From positions 72,168,001 to 72,232,000 of the forward strand of contig NC_083236.1 in assembly GCF_032191835.1 (NCBI RefSeq): a stretch of 64,000 nt of DNA, written 5' to 3'. A model generated the notes under the pieces. It was not told the DNA's origin, made no database searches, and saw only the letters and a program-made list of their open reading frames with translations. The stretch is from Heteronotia binoei. Taxonomy: Eukaryota. Of the stretch, positions 19,445 to 53,896 are shown piece after piece. The position numbers and the translations under genes are program-made. Each line of letters opens with the position of its first letter. Positions within the stretch are counted from its first letter, which is position 1.

Positions 19445-22140
19445 CATATCAGAATCATAGAGTTGGAAGGGACCTCTAGGGTCATCTAGTCCAACTCCCT
19501 GCACAATGCAGGAAACTCACAAACACCTCCCCTCTAAATTCACAGGATCTTCATTGCTGTCAGAGGGCCATCTAGCCTCTGTTTAAAAACCTCCAAGGAA
19601 GGAGAGCCCACCACTTCCCAAGGAAGCCTGTTCCACTGAGGAATCACTCTAACGGTCAGGAAATTCTTCCTGATGTTGAGTCGGAAACTCTTTTGATTTA
19701 ATTTCAACCCACTGGTTCTGGTCCTACCTTCCGGGGCCACAGAAAATAATTCCACACCATCCTCTGTATGACAGCCCTTCATGTACTTGAAGAAAGTGAT
19801 CATATCACCTGTCAGCCATCTCCTCTCCAGGCTAACCATCCCCAGCTCCTTCAACCTTTCCTTATAGGACTTGGACTCCAGACCCCTCACCATCTTCGTC
19901 GCCCTCCTCTGGACTCGTTCTAGCTTGTCTATATCCTTCTTAAAATGTGGTGCCCAAAACTGAACACAATACTCCAGGTGAAGTCTTACCAGAGCAGAGT
20001 AAAGTGATACCATCACATCACGTGATCTGGACACTGTACTTCTGTTGATACAGCCCAAAATTTCATTTGCCTTTTTAGCCACCGCATCTCACTGTTGACT
20101 CATGTTCAGCATATGATCACTAAGACCCCTAGATCCTTTTCGCACATACTACTGCTAAGACAAGTCTCCCCCATCCTATAACCATGCATTGGATTTTCCC
20201 TACCTAAATGCAGAACTTTACATTTATCCCCGTTAAAATTCATTTTATTGATTTTAACCCAGTTTTCCAGCCTGTCAAGGTCATCCTGTATCCTGTTTCT
20301 GTCTTCTTCTGTGTTTGCAACCCCTCCCAATTTAGTATCACCTGCAAATTTAATAAGCATTCCCTCTATTCTTTCATCCAAATAATTGATAAAAATGTTG
20401 AACAAAACAGGTCCCAGGGCAGATCCTTGAGGCACTTCACTTGTCAGTCCTCTCCAAGAGGATGAGGAGCCATTCACAAGCACTCTTTGGGTGCGATTTG
20501 TCAGCCAGTTACAGATCCACCTAACGGTAACAGAATCCAAACCTCATTTTATCAACTTGTCAACAAGGATAGTATGGGGAACCGTATCAGAAGCCTTACT
20601 GAAATCAAGATAAATGATGTCTACAGCATTCCCCTGATCCAGAAAGGTAATCACTTTCTCAAAAAAAGAGATCAGGTTAGTCTGACCTGACTTGTTCTTG
20701 AGAAAACCTTGCTGGCTCTTAGTAATCACATCCATTCTTTCTAAATGTTCCAGGACCGACTGTTTGATGATGTGTTCTAAAACTTTTCTAGGTATAGACG
20801 TCAAGCTGACGGGTCGGTAGTTACCCGGATCATCTTTTTTCCCCTTCTTGAAGATGGGGACAACATTCACCTGCCTCCAATCTTCCGGCACCTGTCCTGT
20901 TCTCCAAGAATTCTCAAAAATAATATCCAGAGGCTCAGAAATTACATCCGCAAGCTCTTTTAGAACCCCTTGGATGCAATTCATCTGGCCCTGAGGACTT
21001 TCATTTAAAGAAACTAGGTGTTTATGTACTACCCCTACACTGATCCTAGGTTGGAACTTCATACCCTTCTTATATGTTCTGTTTTTGCCTTGTTGAGCAC
21101 CGTTTACCTCAAAAGAGAAGACTGAGAAAAAGTAGGAATTGAGCAGTTCCGCTCTCTCTTCATTGCCCGTTACAATTTCACTTCCTTGCCCTCACAATGG
21201 GCTCACCCACTCTGAACATAAGAAAAGAACCTTTTTTTGTTTTTAGCATCTTTGGCTAGCCTAAGCTCATACTGAGCTTTAGCTTTCCTAACTTTTTCTC
21301 TACAAGCACTGGTGATTTGTTTAAATTCATCCTTGGTTATAAGGCCCTCCTTCCAATTCCTAAAGGAATCTTTTTTATTTCTCAAGTCTTTAGAGAGCTG
21401 TTTATGGAGCCACTTCGGCTTCTTTAGGCTTTTTCCATTTTTTCTTCTCACAGGAATCATCTGCAATTGCACTTTCAGTATTTTGTTTTAAAGAAACTCC
21501 CACCCCTCCTGAACCTCATTCCTCCTAAGTATTTCTGACCATGGGATTTTACCCAGCATAGTTCTAAGTTTATCAAAGTTTGCCTTTCGGAAGTCCAACC
21601 TATAAATCTGACTATGTATAGCTTTTCCCTTCCCTCAGACGGTAAATTCCAAAATCACATGGTCACTACTGGCCAGGGTACCCACTATTTCCACTTCTTC
21701 AATCAGTTCTTCCTTGTTGGTGAGAATCAAATCCAAGATAGCAGATCCCCTTGTTTCCTTCTTCACTTTCTGGAAAAGGAAGTTGTCAGCAAGAAAAGTC
21801 AGGAATCTATTTGACTTTTCATTTTTAGAAGAGTTGGACTTCCAACAGATGTCTGGGTAATTGAAATCTCCCATGATCACGGTATCCCTTCTCTTGGAGA
21901 ACTTTGCAATCTGCTGTAGAAATATCTCATCCAAGTCCTGCCTGACTTGGTGGTCTATAGCAGACCCCCACAATAATATCACTGTTATTTCTTACTCCTT
22001 TTATTTTTACCCAGAGACTCTCAACTGAGCTGCCATGCTCAGATTCACATATTTGTTCAAAAGTATATACCTCCTTCACATATACTACTATGCCTCCGCC
22101 CTTTCTGGTGTTACATCTGTGTTTGAAGTTCAGTATTCTG
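19445..22140 (-). mobile_element. CR1 LINE, most of ORF2 (EN + RT), decayed, antisense in AP1G1 intron 1
   Basis: ORF fragments: GVCYRPP/MGDFNYPDICW (EN), PGNYRPVSLTS, VPQGSALGPVLFNIFIN, LEYCVQFWAPHFKKD; 3' end agaatcatagagttggaagggacc. Confidence 0.95.
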
Positions 22141-22149
22141 TGTTTCAAG

Positions 22150-22312
22150 TCAGATCATTTCTCTATCTTAAATCGTTTGATGGCTTTTAGCTGTTTTAAG
22201 AACCAGTTATATTAACTGGTTATTTAATTGTTTATTCATTTTGATGTTAATTGCCCTGAGCCCCTTTGGGAAGGCAGGATATAAATATAACTAATAAATA
22301 AATAAATAAATA
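22150..22312 (+). mobile_element. L2-like 3' tail fragment
   Basis: gccctgagccccct...ggatataaat + (TAAA)n; same tail as element ending at 61952. Confidence 0.6.
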
Positions 22313-22626
22313 TGAAATACATCCTCAAATGCCACTTGACGTGTAAGAATAGATGATACAATCTACCTGTTTGTTCCGTGAAGCAAGCCCTGTGCACTTG
22401 CTGTTAGCTGAGTTAGAGCCTGCGAACTCTGACCCCTGAAGGCTCAGAAGAGGGCAGCTGAGTCAGTGTAGACAGAGGTTCTGATATAACTTCCTTTTCT
22501 ATGCTAGTCATCGTGGGGTAGTTCTAGAATTCCATTCCCCTTCATGTGCTAACAATGAAGTACTGAGCTAGCATTTTCCCATTTACTTGTATGACTGTGT
22601 GGTTCTCTCTAATGTTATTAGTTAGG

Positions 22627-22928
22627 AACATAAAAACATAAGAGAAGCCATGTTGGATCAGGCCAATGGCCCATCCAGTCCAACACTCTGTGTCACATGG
22701 TGGCAAAAAAACCAGGTGTCATCAGGAGGTCCACCAGTGGGGCCAGGACACTAGAAGCCCTCCCACTGTGCCCCCCAAGCACCAAGAATACAGAGCATCA
22801 CTGCCCCAGACAGAGAGTTCCAACAATACACTGTGGCTAATAGCCACTGATGGACCTCTGCTCCATATGCTTATCCACTCCCTTCTTGAAGCTGTCTGTG
22901 CTTGTAGCCACCACCACCTCCTATGGTG
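22627..22928 (-). mobile_element. CR1 3' fragment (same tail family as 16395)
   Basis: Reverse complement of the stem-loop tail: aacataagagaagccatgttggatcaggccaatggcccatccagtccaacactctgtgtcac. Confidence 0.85.
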
Positions 22929-23783
22929 TTCATGGTGTTGCATGCTTTTTACTGGCAGCTGCCATTTATAAGGGAGTGTTTTTGTATGTTAGCTGCTGAT
23001 GTTCTTCACAAGGTGCCATTAAGAAGTCAAGTCAAAAGGTGCATGGGTGCCCAGAAACTGTGTTGTAGTTGTATAAGATGCCCTGATACCTGTTGAATGT
23101 GGCTACGTTCAGAGAAGTTCTAGGGCTGGTCAGAATCAGCTTTTGTCTCAGAGGTTCCACAACAAAGAAAGACATCTTATTCTTTTTTTGCCAGGTAATA
23201 CATTGTTTAGAAAGAGAGATGGGGCCAGCTGAAGCATTGCAGGATAATCCTTGGGATTTCCAGAGTGTGCAAAATTGTGCATGGAATGCTCAGACACGGA
23301 CCTCACCATCCACATGATGGGAATAGTCTCACTGCTGCTGCGCGTAACCTTGCATAGATTTTGGCAATACACAGAAATGCTTATAGACCTCTCGCATTTC
23401 ATTTCCTTTTCAATCAGCTGTTCACAGCCAGAGGTTCCTCTGGGGCTATGAGGTTTGAATATTCACTACTGAAAACACACTTCTTGTATCTTGTGCAATA
23501 GACTTAAGCCCATAAAAGTTGCAGCTACAATAGATCCATTATGCTTTAAGGCAGGGGTATCGAGCTCATTTGTTATGAGCACCAGATCTGACATAAATGA
23601 GACCTTGTCGAGCTGGGCTGTGTGTGTCATAAAATGTAACGCCAGGTAGCAGAGAGACAAACTTTATAAAGGACACAGACAAACACAATTAAGGATTTTT
23701 CAAAAACTTAAAATATGCTTAAAAGATCAGCACTCTTACAGTCTTTTGTTTATTTAACAGTTTCTGTTAACTGACACCTCTTG

Positions 23784-24143
23784 ATTAGAGTTTGTAGAAT
23801 CTTTCGGGATCAAGTGCCGTGTTCTACTGGAGAAAGTTTTCCTTCCAGACGTTTCGTTCTCAACTGCGGAGAGCATCCTCAGTGGCGTTGCAGCCGGAGC
23901 AGGTGCTCAGACCTTCTTGGCTGCTGTGCATTGAGTGCCCACTCAATGCATAGCCCACTCAATGCACAGCAGCCAAGAAGGTCTGAGCGCCTGCTCCGGC
24001 TGCAACGCCACTGAGGATGTTCTCCGCAGCTGAGAACGAAACGTCTGGAAGGAAAACTTTCTCCAGTAGAACACGGCACTTGATCCTGAAAGATTCTACA
24101 AACCCTAATGATGTTACCAGCCGTGAAAACCTGAAATCTTTGA
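23784..24143. mobile_element. Inverted (palindromic) Penelope-like element remnant
   Basis: 154-bp inverted arms 23784-23937 / 23956-24109; 12-bp TSD TGACACCTCTTG at 23772-23783 and 24144-24155; ctgaggatg...gaaacgtc terminal motif. Confidence 0.8.
24008..24048 (+). ncRNA. Candidate minimal type I hammerhead ribozyme motif
   Basis: CCA-CTGAGGA-T-GTTCTC(cgcagct)GAGAAC-GAAA-CGTC-TGG. Confidence 0.5.
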
Positions 24144-24668
24144 TGACACCTCTTGCTCTGAATTATTGCATCAAAATCTGGAGACAGTGTTTATACTGTA
24201 GCAATCCTGAACACGCTGTTCAGGTGGTGTGTCTGTAAGTTGCAAACCTACTTTTTATTGACATTCATTACTGAAATCTCATGGTCAGTGCTTTGAGCCT
24301 TAGAGACAGAGGAAATCATGAAATGGCTGGGCATTGTGAGTTTTTGTATATAGGTTGCTTCATGTGCTGGTCAGCCAGTGAAAAATAGAGGCGTTGCACT
24401 GCAGCTCCTGTGCGATTGAGCAAGCCTGGCAAAGCAAGTTGTGATGCAGAAGGAAGCAAGAGGGAAAGAAGGAAGCAGATGATAGTGAGTTGCTTGCAGG
24501 CCTGATAGGAGCCTTCTGGGGGCTTGATCCGTCCCTTGGGGCGCACATTTGACATCCCTACTTTAAGGTGTAACAGACTTTTTCTTTGTTGTGTCAGACT
24601 AACGCAACTGCTCCTGTAGAATCTTAATTGCATAAAAAGAGTAGCAACATACATGAAACATCTTATAC

Positions 24669-24753
24669 CAGGGGTGGCCAGCATGGCTAATGGCTGGGAT
24701 TGATGGGAGTTGTAGGCAAAAAAAATCTGGAGAGCTACCGTTGGCCACCCCTG
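24669..24753. mobile_element. hAT MITE, internally deleted (85 bp)
   Basis: TIR CAGGGGTGGCCA / TGGCCACCCCTG; 8-bp TSD TCTTATAC. Confidence 0.88.
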
Positions 24754-25157
24754 TCTTATACCATTGGTCTACCTAACTTAGTATTGTCTACTGTGGCTAA
24801 TGGACCTTTTCTTGAGCCTCAGGAGAGAAGTCTGTTTGCAAAAAAGAGGTGAGGAACTTGAGAATTTCTTCTGTCTTTAATAACGACTCCCTCCCTCAAA
24901 AGAAGAAGGACGAAAAAGATGCAGATTGGTTCAGTTTAGTACCAGTTCTGTCTGTTGAGAGGAATGAGGAAGCTGGCAAGATCCACCCGTTGCAGCAGTG
25001 CAAATGCCTTGGTGACTTTCGCAGGAAGATCTGCTAATTGCAGAAGCTGCTGATAGAGAATACATGCGCAGCTGGCAGGTGCGAAGGCTAGAATGGGAGT
25101 GTGGAGTGAATTGGGTGGTCCGGCTCACTGCCAACCATCTCACTCAAATAACTAAAT

Positions 25158-25292
25158 CGGGTGGCCAACGGTAGCTCTCCAGATGTTTTTTTGCCTACAA
25201 CTCCCATCATCCCCAGCCAGCATGGCCAATGGCTGGGGCTGATGGGAGTTGTAGGCAAAAAAAATCTGGAGAGCTACCATTGGCCACTCCTG
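25158..25292. mobile_element. hAT MITE, same family, palindromic (~135 bp)
   Basis: gggtggccaacggtagctctccaga...tctggagagctaccattggccactcctg; 8-bp TSD AACTAAAT. Confidence 0.85.
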
Positions 25293-26609
25293 AACTAAAT
25301 CCATACCAACAGCAGGATGCTTTTCAGAGGGGTCTTCCATAGTCATGTGTTATTTCCAGGTGAAGGGGTCTTGCTAGCAAAATGGAGTCACTCCTATGAC
25401 ATAGAGACTAAAAGATGTTTGACAACGAATGTGTCAAATAAGATTTCTTATCCTGTCCTAAAGCAATAGATTGCATCTATGCCTGTGGATGTGAGTGTAT
25501 GAAAACTGGCACTATGGCTGGTAGACCACCTGTGGTCAGGAGTCCTGGGTCCTTTAACGTCTTTGTTTGGTGGGGAGGGGGAGTGGCTTTGCAAGGGGCA
25601 GCTGACCAGGTTGTCAGCCTGAAAGACTGGGAAGAAGCTCTGTGAAATGTCCAAGTAGCTTTTACCGAGGGCCATGGCGGGGGTGGGGTGTAAATTGGCT
25701 CTAAGAGGAAGCATGTGCTCATGGAGGAAGAATGGCCGTTACCCATAAATAATGGCTGTGTGGAAGCTGAGGGCAGTGCCAGGCCTTCATCTCTGTGCCC
25801 AGTTTATAACCCTTTGGGGGCATCTGCAGCTTCACCTGGGATCAGTTCTGACATGGCTGCAGGCTCTGGGGAGGGGTGGCTGGCAGGCAGGGAGCTGGGT
25901 TCGGCCATCCCTCCGGCCTGCTAGGGTGAAGCCTTTTCTCCTTGGGTGGGTTCTGCTGCCGTCCTTGCTTTGCAGTTGAAGGACTAACACGGAGCCTTAA
26001 AGGGGGAGCACTGTAAGGGCTGTGGCTTCAATTATATGGGGTTGAGTGACACCACAGATGTTTCAGTGCAGTGTTCTGCATTATGCAGCTTACCCTAGCA
26101 ACCTTCATTTGACTTCTTTTGTGCATGCACAGTTATCCTAATCTCAGATACCTGGCTCACACCTCCATTGGGTTGGTTTGCTTCATTCTGATTATAAACC
26201 TGCAGCCTGCTCACTGATTGTACCACCTGTAATGTGTCAGCATGCAGAGTAGGCCAGCTCCGGAAGAGCTCCCTCTGCTGGTGGGCAGGTTCCTCTGACT
26301 GGTGCAGGTGGTTCCATAGGTGCCCAGGCCCACAGCTGCTGAATGTTTGGGACCAGATGCAACAGGGAGCCCATGCAGGCACCATACAGGGGGATATGAT
26401 GGGACCAGATGCAACAGGGAGCCAATGGGGAATATGATGGCCACACCCTGGCTGCTGTTTCCAAAGGCAGCCCTCATTAAAGTGCATTTGGGGAGGTCCT
26501 TTTCAGTATTGAGGGCATTTGTGATCAAAGCTGAGTTTCTGTAAGAAAAATTGCAAGTATACCCCGTACTTGAGAGGCAGCTGCAATCTGCTACATCTTA
26601 TTCAACTTA

Positions 26610-26670
26610 ATTTTAATTTTTAGATTTATATCCCGCCCTATCCCACAAGCGGGCTCAGGGTGGCTTATTG
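26610..26670 (-). mobile_element. L2-like 3' tail fragment
   Basis: tttatatcccgccct...gctcagggtggct. Confidence 0.5.
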
Positions 26671-27642
26671 TTGTATAGGTACGTAATTTTTGCCATCTGA
26701 AAGGTAGAAAAAAATTAAAAGCTTGAAAGCAAAAATAAATTCTGCAGTAAATAAAAGAGTGTATTTTTGGACAGAAATGCGTTGAGAGGACTACTAGCAT
26801 ATCTGAATATTAAGTTTAATTTCATAACATTGAAAACACTGAATTTTTCAATAATGAATTATTGTAATCATTTATTTACTGTAGTTCTAGTCTGCTTTCC
26901 CTCCTGGGACTCAGAGCAAGTTACATTGTGGGAGTAGATGACAGTTCATATGAAGAGAAACGCAATCAGGACTTTGTAAGTCAAGACAAGCAATATGAGA
27001 AGACATCTAATGAGCAGTGGGGGTAGGGCTAGGATTACCAAAATCTGCACGAGCAAATGTGATGCAGAGTGTGGCTGTAATGGAGTAAAGTGGGGTCACG
27101 TCAGCTGGAAACAATAAAATGACAAGAGGGTCAAACGTGCAGCAAACTGTAATATGTCCCATACACAGTAACGTAAAAATCCTAGTCCCTTTGTTGAAGA
27201 ACCCTCCTGAACTGCTGGATTGTACGTAGCTTGGGGAATGGCAGTCAGGCCCTTCCACAAGACGGGGGTGACTACAGAGACAGCACGTGAAGGGGATCTT
27301 GCCCACTGGCAGCGTGGAACCTCGGGGGAGCAGAGCTGTGGTGGTGGAGCGTAGGAGGAGAGGCAGCCCCGCAGGTGAAAGGCTCTAAGGGCAGGCAGAC
27401 AGCCAAAATTATGTATATTTAAACAAAGTTACTATTGAAAATGTTGTCTATGTCTACAGCAAACAAAGCAATTATCCTCCCTCTCATGTTGACTCTGGCC
27501 CCCGTGTTGAAATGGCGCTAGGTTCAGATAGGGGGCATTCTTCTGCAGATGTGGGGACCCAGCAAAGGGGGGTTGAATTCCCCATGAGAGGCATGTCGTC
27601 TGCACTTGCCCAGGCAGTTTGTAGGAGTGTCCTCATGGGTGA

Positions 27643-27916
27643 AGGAAGAAGATGACGACAACGACATTGGATTTGTATCCTGTCGTCCACTCTGAATCTT
27701 AGAGTGGCTCAGAATGTCTCTTACCCTCCTTCCCCACAACAGACACCCTGTGAGGTGGATGTGGCTGAGAGAGCTCTCCCAGAAGCTACCCTTTCAAGGA
27801 TGACTCCTACGAGGGCTATGGCTGATCCAAGGCCATTCCAGCAGCTGCAAATGGAGGAGTGGGGAATCAAACCTGGTTCTCCCAGTTAAGAGTCCGTGCA
27901 CTTAACCACTGCACCA
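27643..27916 (-). mobile_element. tRNA-derived SINE (second family, Squam2-like)
   Basis: Head ggtgcagtggttaag...ggtttgattcccc on -; sibling at 52305 on +. Confidence 0.8.
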
Positions 27917-28547
27917 CTTCCGCCTTGTTTCCATTTATTTGCCGGGCGCCAACCCTTTGCAGCTGCCAAGCAGTGGTTCTGGTTTCCTAGAGCGACAGGA
28001 CTGTGCCCTGTCAGTGTATTGGTGGCACTTCACTCCCGACCTGTGGATTGCCTTGTCCATCAGAGAGATGGTGAGGAGCATGAGGGACTAGCTGGAGGCC
28101 TAGTCACAGGTCGTTACCATCTCCTGGTACCTCTAAGCTTGATGGGTGGAAGGGCTGATGGTGTTGGGAGCTGCCCAGAGCCCCAGAAGCACCTCTGTCA
28201 GCTGCCCGGTGCAGGTCTTTCAGAAGGGCAACTGAGCTGTCTTTAGTTCTGCAGCTGGGACAGAGGCTGCCTGGATAGGAGACTAGCTAAAACGTTCATG
28301 TTGTGTGGCCGACTGTCGTTCTCTCAAGCACGTTGCCTGGGAAGGGCAGGTTTCACACTGGGTAGGAGGCTTGCTGTGTCTTCAGGATGCAGCCCCTTGG
28401 CCTGCTGCACTCTTAGGCTAATCTTCAAAACCAGTGGTTTAAGTGCCTCATTTGGAAAAACGGAGAAACTACCTGAGGTGCTTTAGCTGGTGGTGCCAGG
28501 GTCTGGTCAAGAGACCCTCTGCGTGCAAAGTGGGTGCTCCCTGCTGA

Positions 28548-50550
<22,003 letters not shown>

Positions 50551-51474
50551 GCTCTGGCCCCGCCCTCTCACACCCCCCGCCTGTGTGACCGAAGAGACTC
50601 TGGGCAGGGCACTGTGACTCCAGACACCCCCCCCCGACTGCACCATGCCTTCCGCCCCCCGGGGAGCTGAGGAGAGCCGCTGCTGTGGAGCGGGAGGACT
50701 TGCCTCGCTCACCTGGACGGAAGCATCTCTTTCTTCAGACACTTGCGCTCTCTCTCTCTCTCTCTCTGTGTCTCCTCTCCTCACCGGGCTGCTGAGCCGT
50801 CCCTGCCTCAGAAGAAGCCAAGGCCCCACTGCTGCTGGGGAGGCGGAGGGGGGGGCAGCACCCGCACTCCCCTCCGTCCGTCCATCTGAGCAGCTGTCTT
50901 CTCTCCAGGGGGGCAGGGCAGGGTGGTGGGGCGGGCCGTGGCTGGGTGACTTCGTCAGGCACTTTCACGTTGGCAACGGATTCCAAGGATGCTGAGTTGG
51001 ATCCTTCGTCTTGGGGGTTCCTTGGTGTTGGGGGGCCTTTTCTACGCTTGACTGCATCCCCCACCCCACCCCGGGCAGGGTAGTGGCTTGGATCTGAGCA
51101 GGGGGGGGGGCGTGTGGGTTGGTGGGACCTGCTTTTCTCTGGACAAGCCCTCCTTGCAGAACGTGGGGCTGGAGGTGAGCAGGTCCTGGCTGCTGCCTCA
51201 CTCCCAAGGCGGGGGGATGGACGGATGCTCTCCCGCCAGCAGCCCTCTCAGCAGCTTGGAACTCCGGGGGGGGGGGGAGGAAATGCTTGTTGCTAGGTGA
51301 GGCCCTGAGAGATGGTGAGGTGCCCAGGAGGAGCCCTCCCCTTCGCCTGCCTGCAGGAAGCCTCAGAGTCGCTTTCCCCCTCGGCCCTTTTCATTTCCTG
51401 TCTGAGTCCTGGATTCCATTTGGATTCGTTCTCCTCCTGGGACGTTTGTGTTGTATCTGTAATATTGGCACTGA

Positions 51475-51480
51475 AATAAA
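51475..51480 (+). terminator. AP1G1: AP1G1 proximal poly(A) signal
   Basis: AATAAA ~925 nt after stop, preceded by U/GU-rich sequence. Confidence 0.65.
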
Positions 51481-52304
51481 GACCGTGCGGTTGCAGAGAA
51501 CGCCCTTCTTCCAAGCCCAGCCCTCCCCCCCCCCCCGACTGGCCTCAGGGATCTGTGCAGGGTGCCCCCCCCCCAGTCTCCTGACCACCCTGTGAGGGAG
51601 GTCAGGCTGCGAGACTGGCTGGCTCAGCCCCCCCCCCCCCTGAAGGTGCCACCTCTGGCTGTGCGGGTGGGAGGAGGGAAGTCTTGTTCTTTGATCTGCT
51701 CCAGATGCTGTTGGACTCCTTCCTTCTGCAAGGCAGAGGCACCCCAGGGATTGTGGTGGTGGTGGTGGTGGCGGCAGCAGCTTTTGACAGTACAGTCTTC
51801 ACCACCAGCCCAGCCGCCTGGTCTCTTTCAATGGGATCCTGCCAGGAATTGAACCCGGCACCTGGAGGAGGTGGCCTTTCTGTGCGTGAGACAATGTGGA
51901 GTCACAGCCAGTTGCCTAAGTGCTGGCTGCTGCATCTCCAAAAGGCTGGGGAAAGTCCTCCGCCCCTTCTTCAGATAACTGGACTCCCGGGGCGCCCAGT
52001 GAAGGGCAATGGGCAACTGATTCAGGGGAGCCACAAGGAACAAGCTTCTTTATTCAAGGAGTCCTTAAATGGTGGCGTTCCCTGCCAGCAGCGGAGCAGG
52101 TACAGGGATGGCTGCAAGCCCAGATGGCTGTAAAAGATTCGTGGAAGACCAGCCCAGTCACTGACGGCTAAGCTAAAGGGAGCCTGTCTGTTCTGAAGAA
52201 GTCATCTCTCCGAGATGCTGTGTGCACAGAGGGCTCCTCCTGGGCTCCTGGTTTGCTGCTGGGTGAGAAAGGATGCTGGATCCAGCAGGAGTCATCTTCC
52301 GATG

Positions 52305-52568
52305 TGAGGTTAGTCTTTTATCTGTGAGAGAACCGGGCTTGATTCCCCACTCCTCCTCCACTTGCAGCTGCTGGAATGGCCTTGGGTCAGCCAGAGCTCT
52401 CACAGGAGTTGTCCTTGAAAGGGCAGCTGCTGTAAGAGCTCTCTCAGCCCCACCCACCTCACAGGGTGTCTGTTGTGTGTGGGGGGGGGGGGGTAGAAGA
52501 GATTGTGACCACTCTGAGTCTCTGGTTCAGAGAGAAAGGTGGGGTATAAATCTACGGTCGTCTTCTGC
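52305..52568 (+). mobile_element. tRNA-derived SINE (Squam2-like)
   Basis: Matches 27643-27916 in opposite orientation. Confidence 0.78.
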
Positions 52569-53444
52569 TTTTCAGCCAGCAGCCTCCAAAGAGAGAAGGC
52601 AAGCCATCCATCCAGGGTTTACATTCAGCAGTCACGCAGAGCTACAGGCGGAGGAGGGGACAATGGCCTGGCAGGAGCTGGAAAGGCAGCCCCCACCCCC
52701 GGCTCCACTGGGCCCGTAGGGTTCCCCCTCCTGTGTGGCTCAAATCCCCCTCAAGCCCTCGGCCTTCCGTGTGGGGCGGGGAAGAGGCCAGGCTTCAGCT
52801 GCAACTTCTGTCCCCCTTCCCGATGCTTGTGCTGGTTTTGCTCTTCTTTGGCCCCTCTGGGTGCTGGCGCAGATCCTGTGGGGGGGGGAGGGCTGTTTCT
52901 TGTTAACCGCGGCAAACCTCTTGACCTCCCCCTCTCTGCCAAGCCCTCCCCCCAGTGGCTGTTGGGGGGGGGGTAACACATGGGATAGAACTGCCAGGCT
53001 TTTCGGAAGGAGATGTGTGCAGAGAGCAGCGTTTACAGTTGCTGGAGCTTTTGTGGAGCACAAGCAGGTTATGAAGGGAGCAGCTCTCGGCAGCTGTACC
53101 GGATCAGGCCCAAGTTGGCTTTCACCCAGCGGTGACCTGGATGCCCTCAGGCAGCCCTGAAGGTGCTGCTCCCCTTTTCCTTCACGGTCTCCTGTGTCTC
53201 CAGAAGACACACACACAGCCCTGCTCTGTGCACCTGCCGAAGGGGAGGCTCATCCACCAAGCCTCTGCTAGAACTATAAACCTGGTTAGCCCAAGGCAGG
53301 CAGGCTGGCAAGCAAACAGTGCTGCCGCTCTGGTGGGGCGCACCTCCCCCCCCCCCCCCCCCCCGGTGCTGGGAAAGCTCCCCCAGGCTCCTGGATGAAG
53401 AGCAGCCTTGGGGAAGGAGAACTATACAATTATCACCGGTCAAC

Positions 53445-53450
53445 AATAAA
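53445..53450 (+). terminator. AP1G1: Possible AP1G1 distal poly(A) signal
   Basis: AATAAA followed by GT-rich tgtgtgtacatgtgtttg. Confidence 0.4.
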
Positions 53451-53823
53451 GAGATTCACACTCAATGTGTGTACATGTGTTTGATTTAGTGCAATAATAG
53501 ACAAAAATAATACAAAGGAACAATAAGGTATCTGTACTTTCCCAATCAATGCACTCGAAGGTTTAGGGGTAGGGACCAGCCTTAACGAAGTCCGTAGTTG
53601 CATGCTGTAGAGGGGGGAGAGGCTCGTTTTCAAGAGCTGTGCTGCTTAAAACCCTTTTCCACCTATATTACATTGAATTGTATGGAAACTTCTAGGGGCT
53701 CTCCACTCCCTGACTGGAAGCAGTTCATGGGATTGCCATTGTGCAGTGTCATATGGGTTTTGCGCTTGCAGAAGAAAAGTTGTGTGTAGCTGTCATAATA
53801 GTGGGAGGAGCCTCGTTTTACGG

Positions 53824-53890
53824 CCAATCAGGTCGTTTCCCACCAATGGCGGATTATAAATAAGGGGCTCCTCACACACATCCCTCAGTT
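53824..53890 (+). promoter_or_regulatory. CCAAT-CCAAT-TATA-Inr core promoter, probably of the DIRS terminal repeat
   Basis: CCAAT 53824 and 53843, TATAAA 53855, TCAGTT 53885. Confidence 0.55.
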
Positions 53891-53896
53891 CTTTTG

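Larger units (their letters stand above)
23552..24560. mobile_element. Non-autonomous hAT (Charlie-like) element
   Basis: Imperfect TIRs CAGGGGTATCGA / TTTGACATCCCTA; exact 8-bp TSD CTTTAAGG at 23544-23551 and 24561-24568. Confidence 0.85.

Noticed and set aside
26349-26423. 23-bp direct repeat gggaccagatgcaacagggagcc x2
   Set aside because: Simple two-copy local duplication with no associated structure
27479-27590. Possible MITE with 9-bp inverted ends cctctcatg/catgagagg
   Set aside because: TIR too short and no clear TSD
53480-53640. snRNA or histone gene beside the CCAAT/TATA promoter
   Set aside because: No match to U1-U12 or histone sequences I know; downstream DNA is CR1/DIRS
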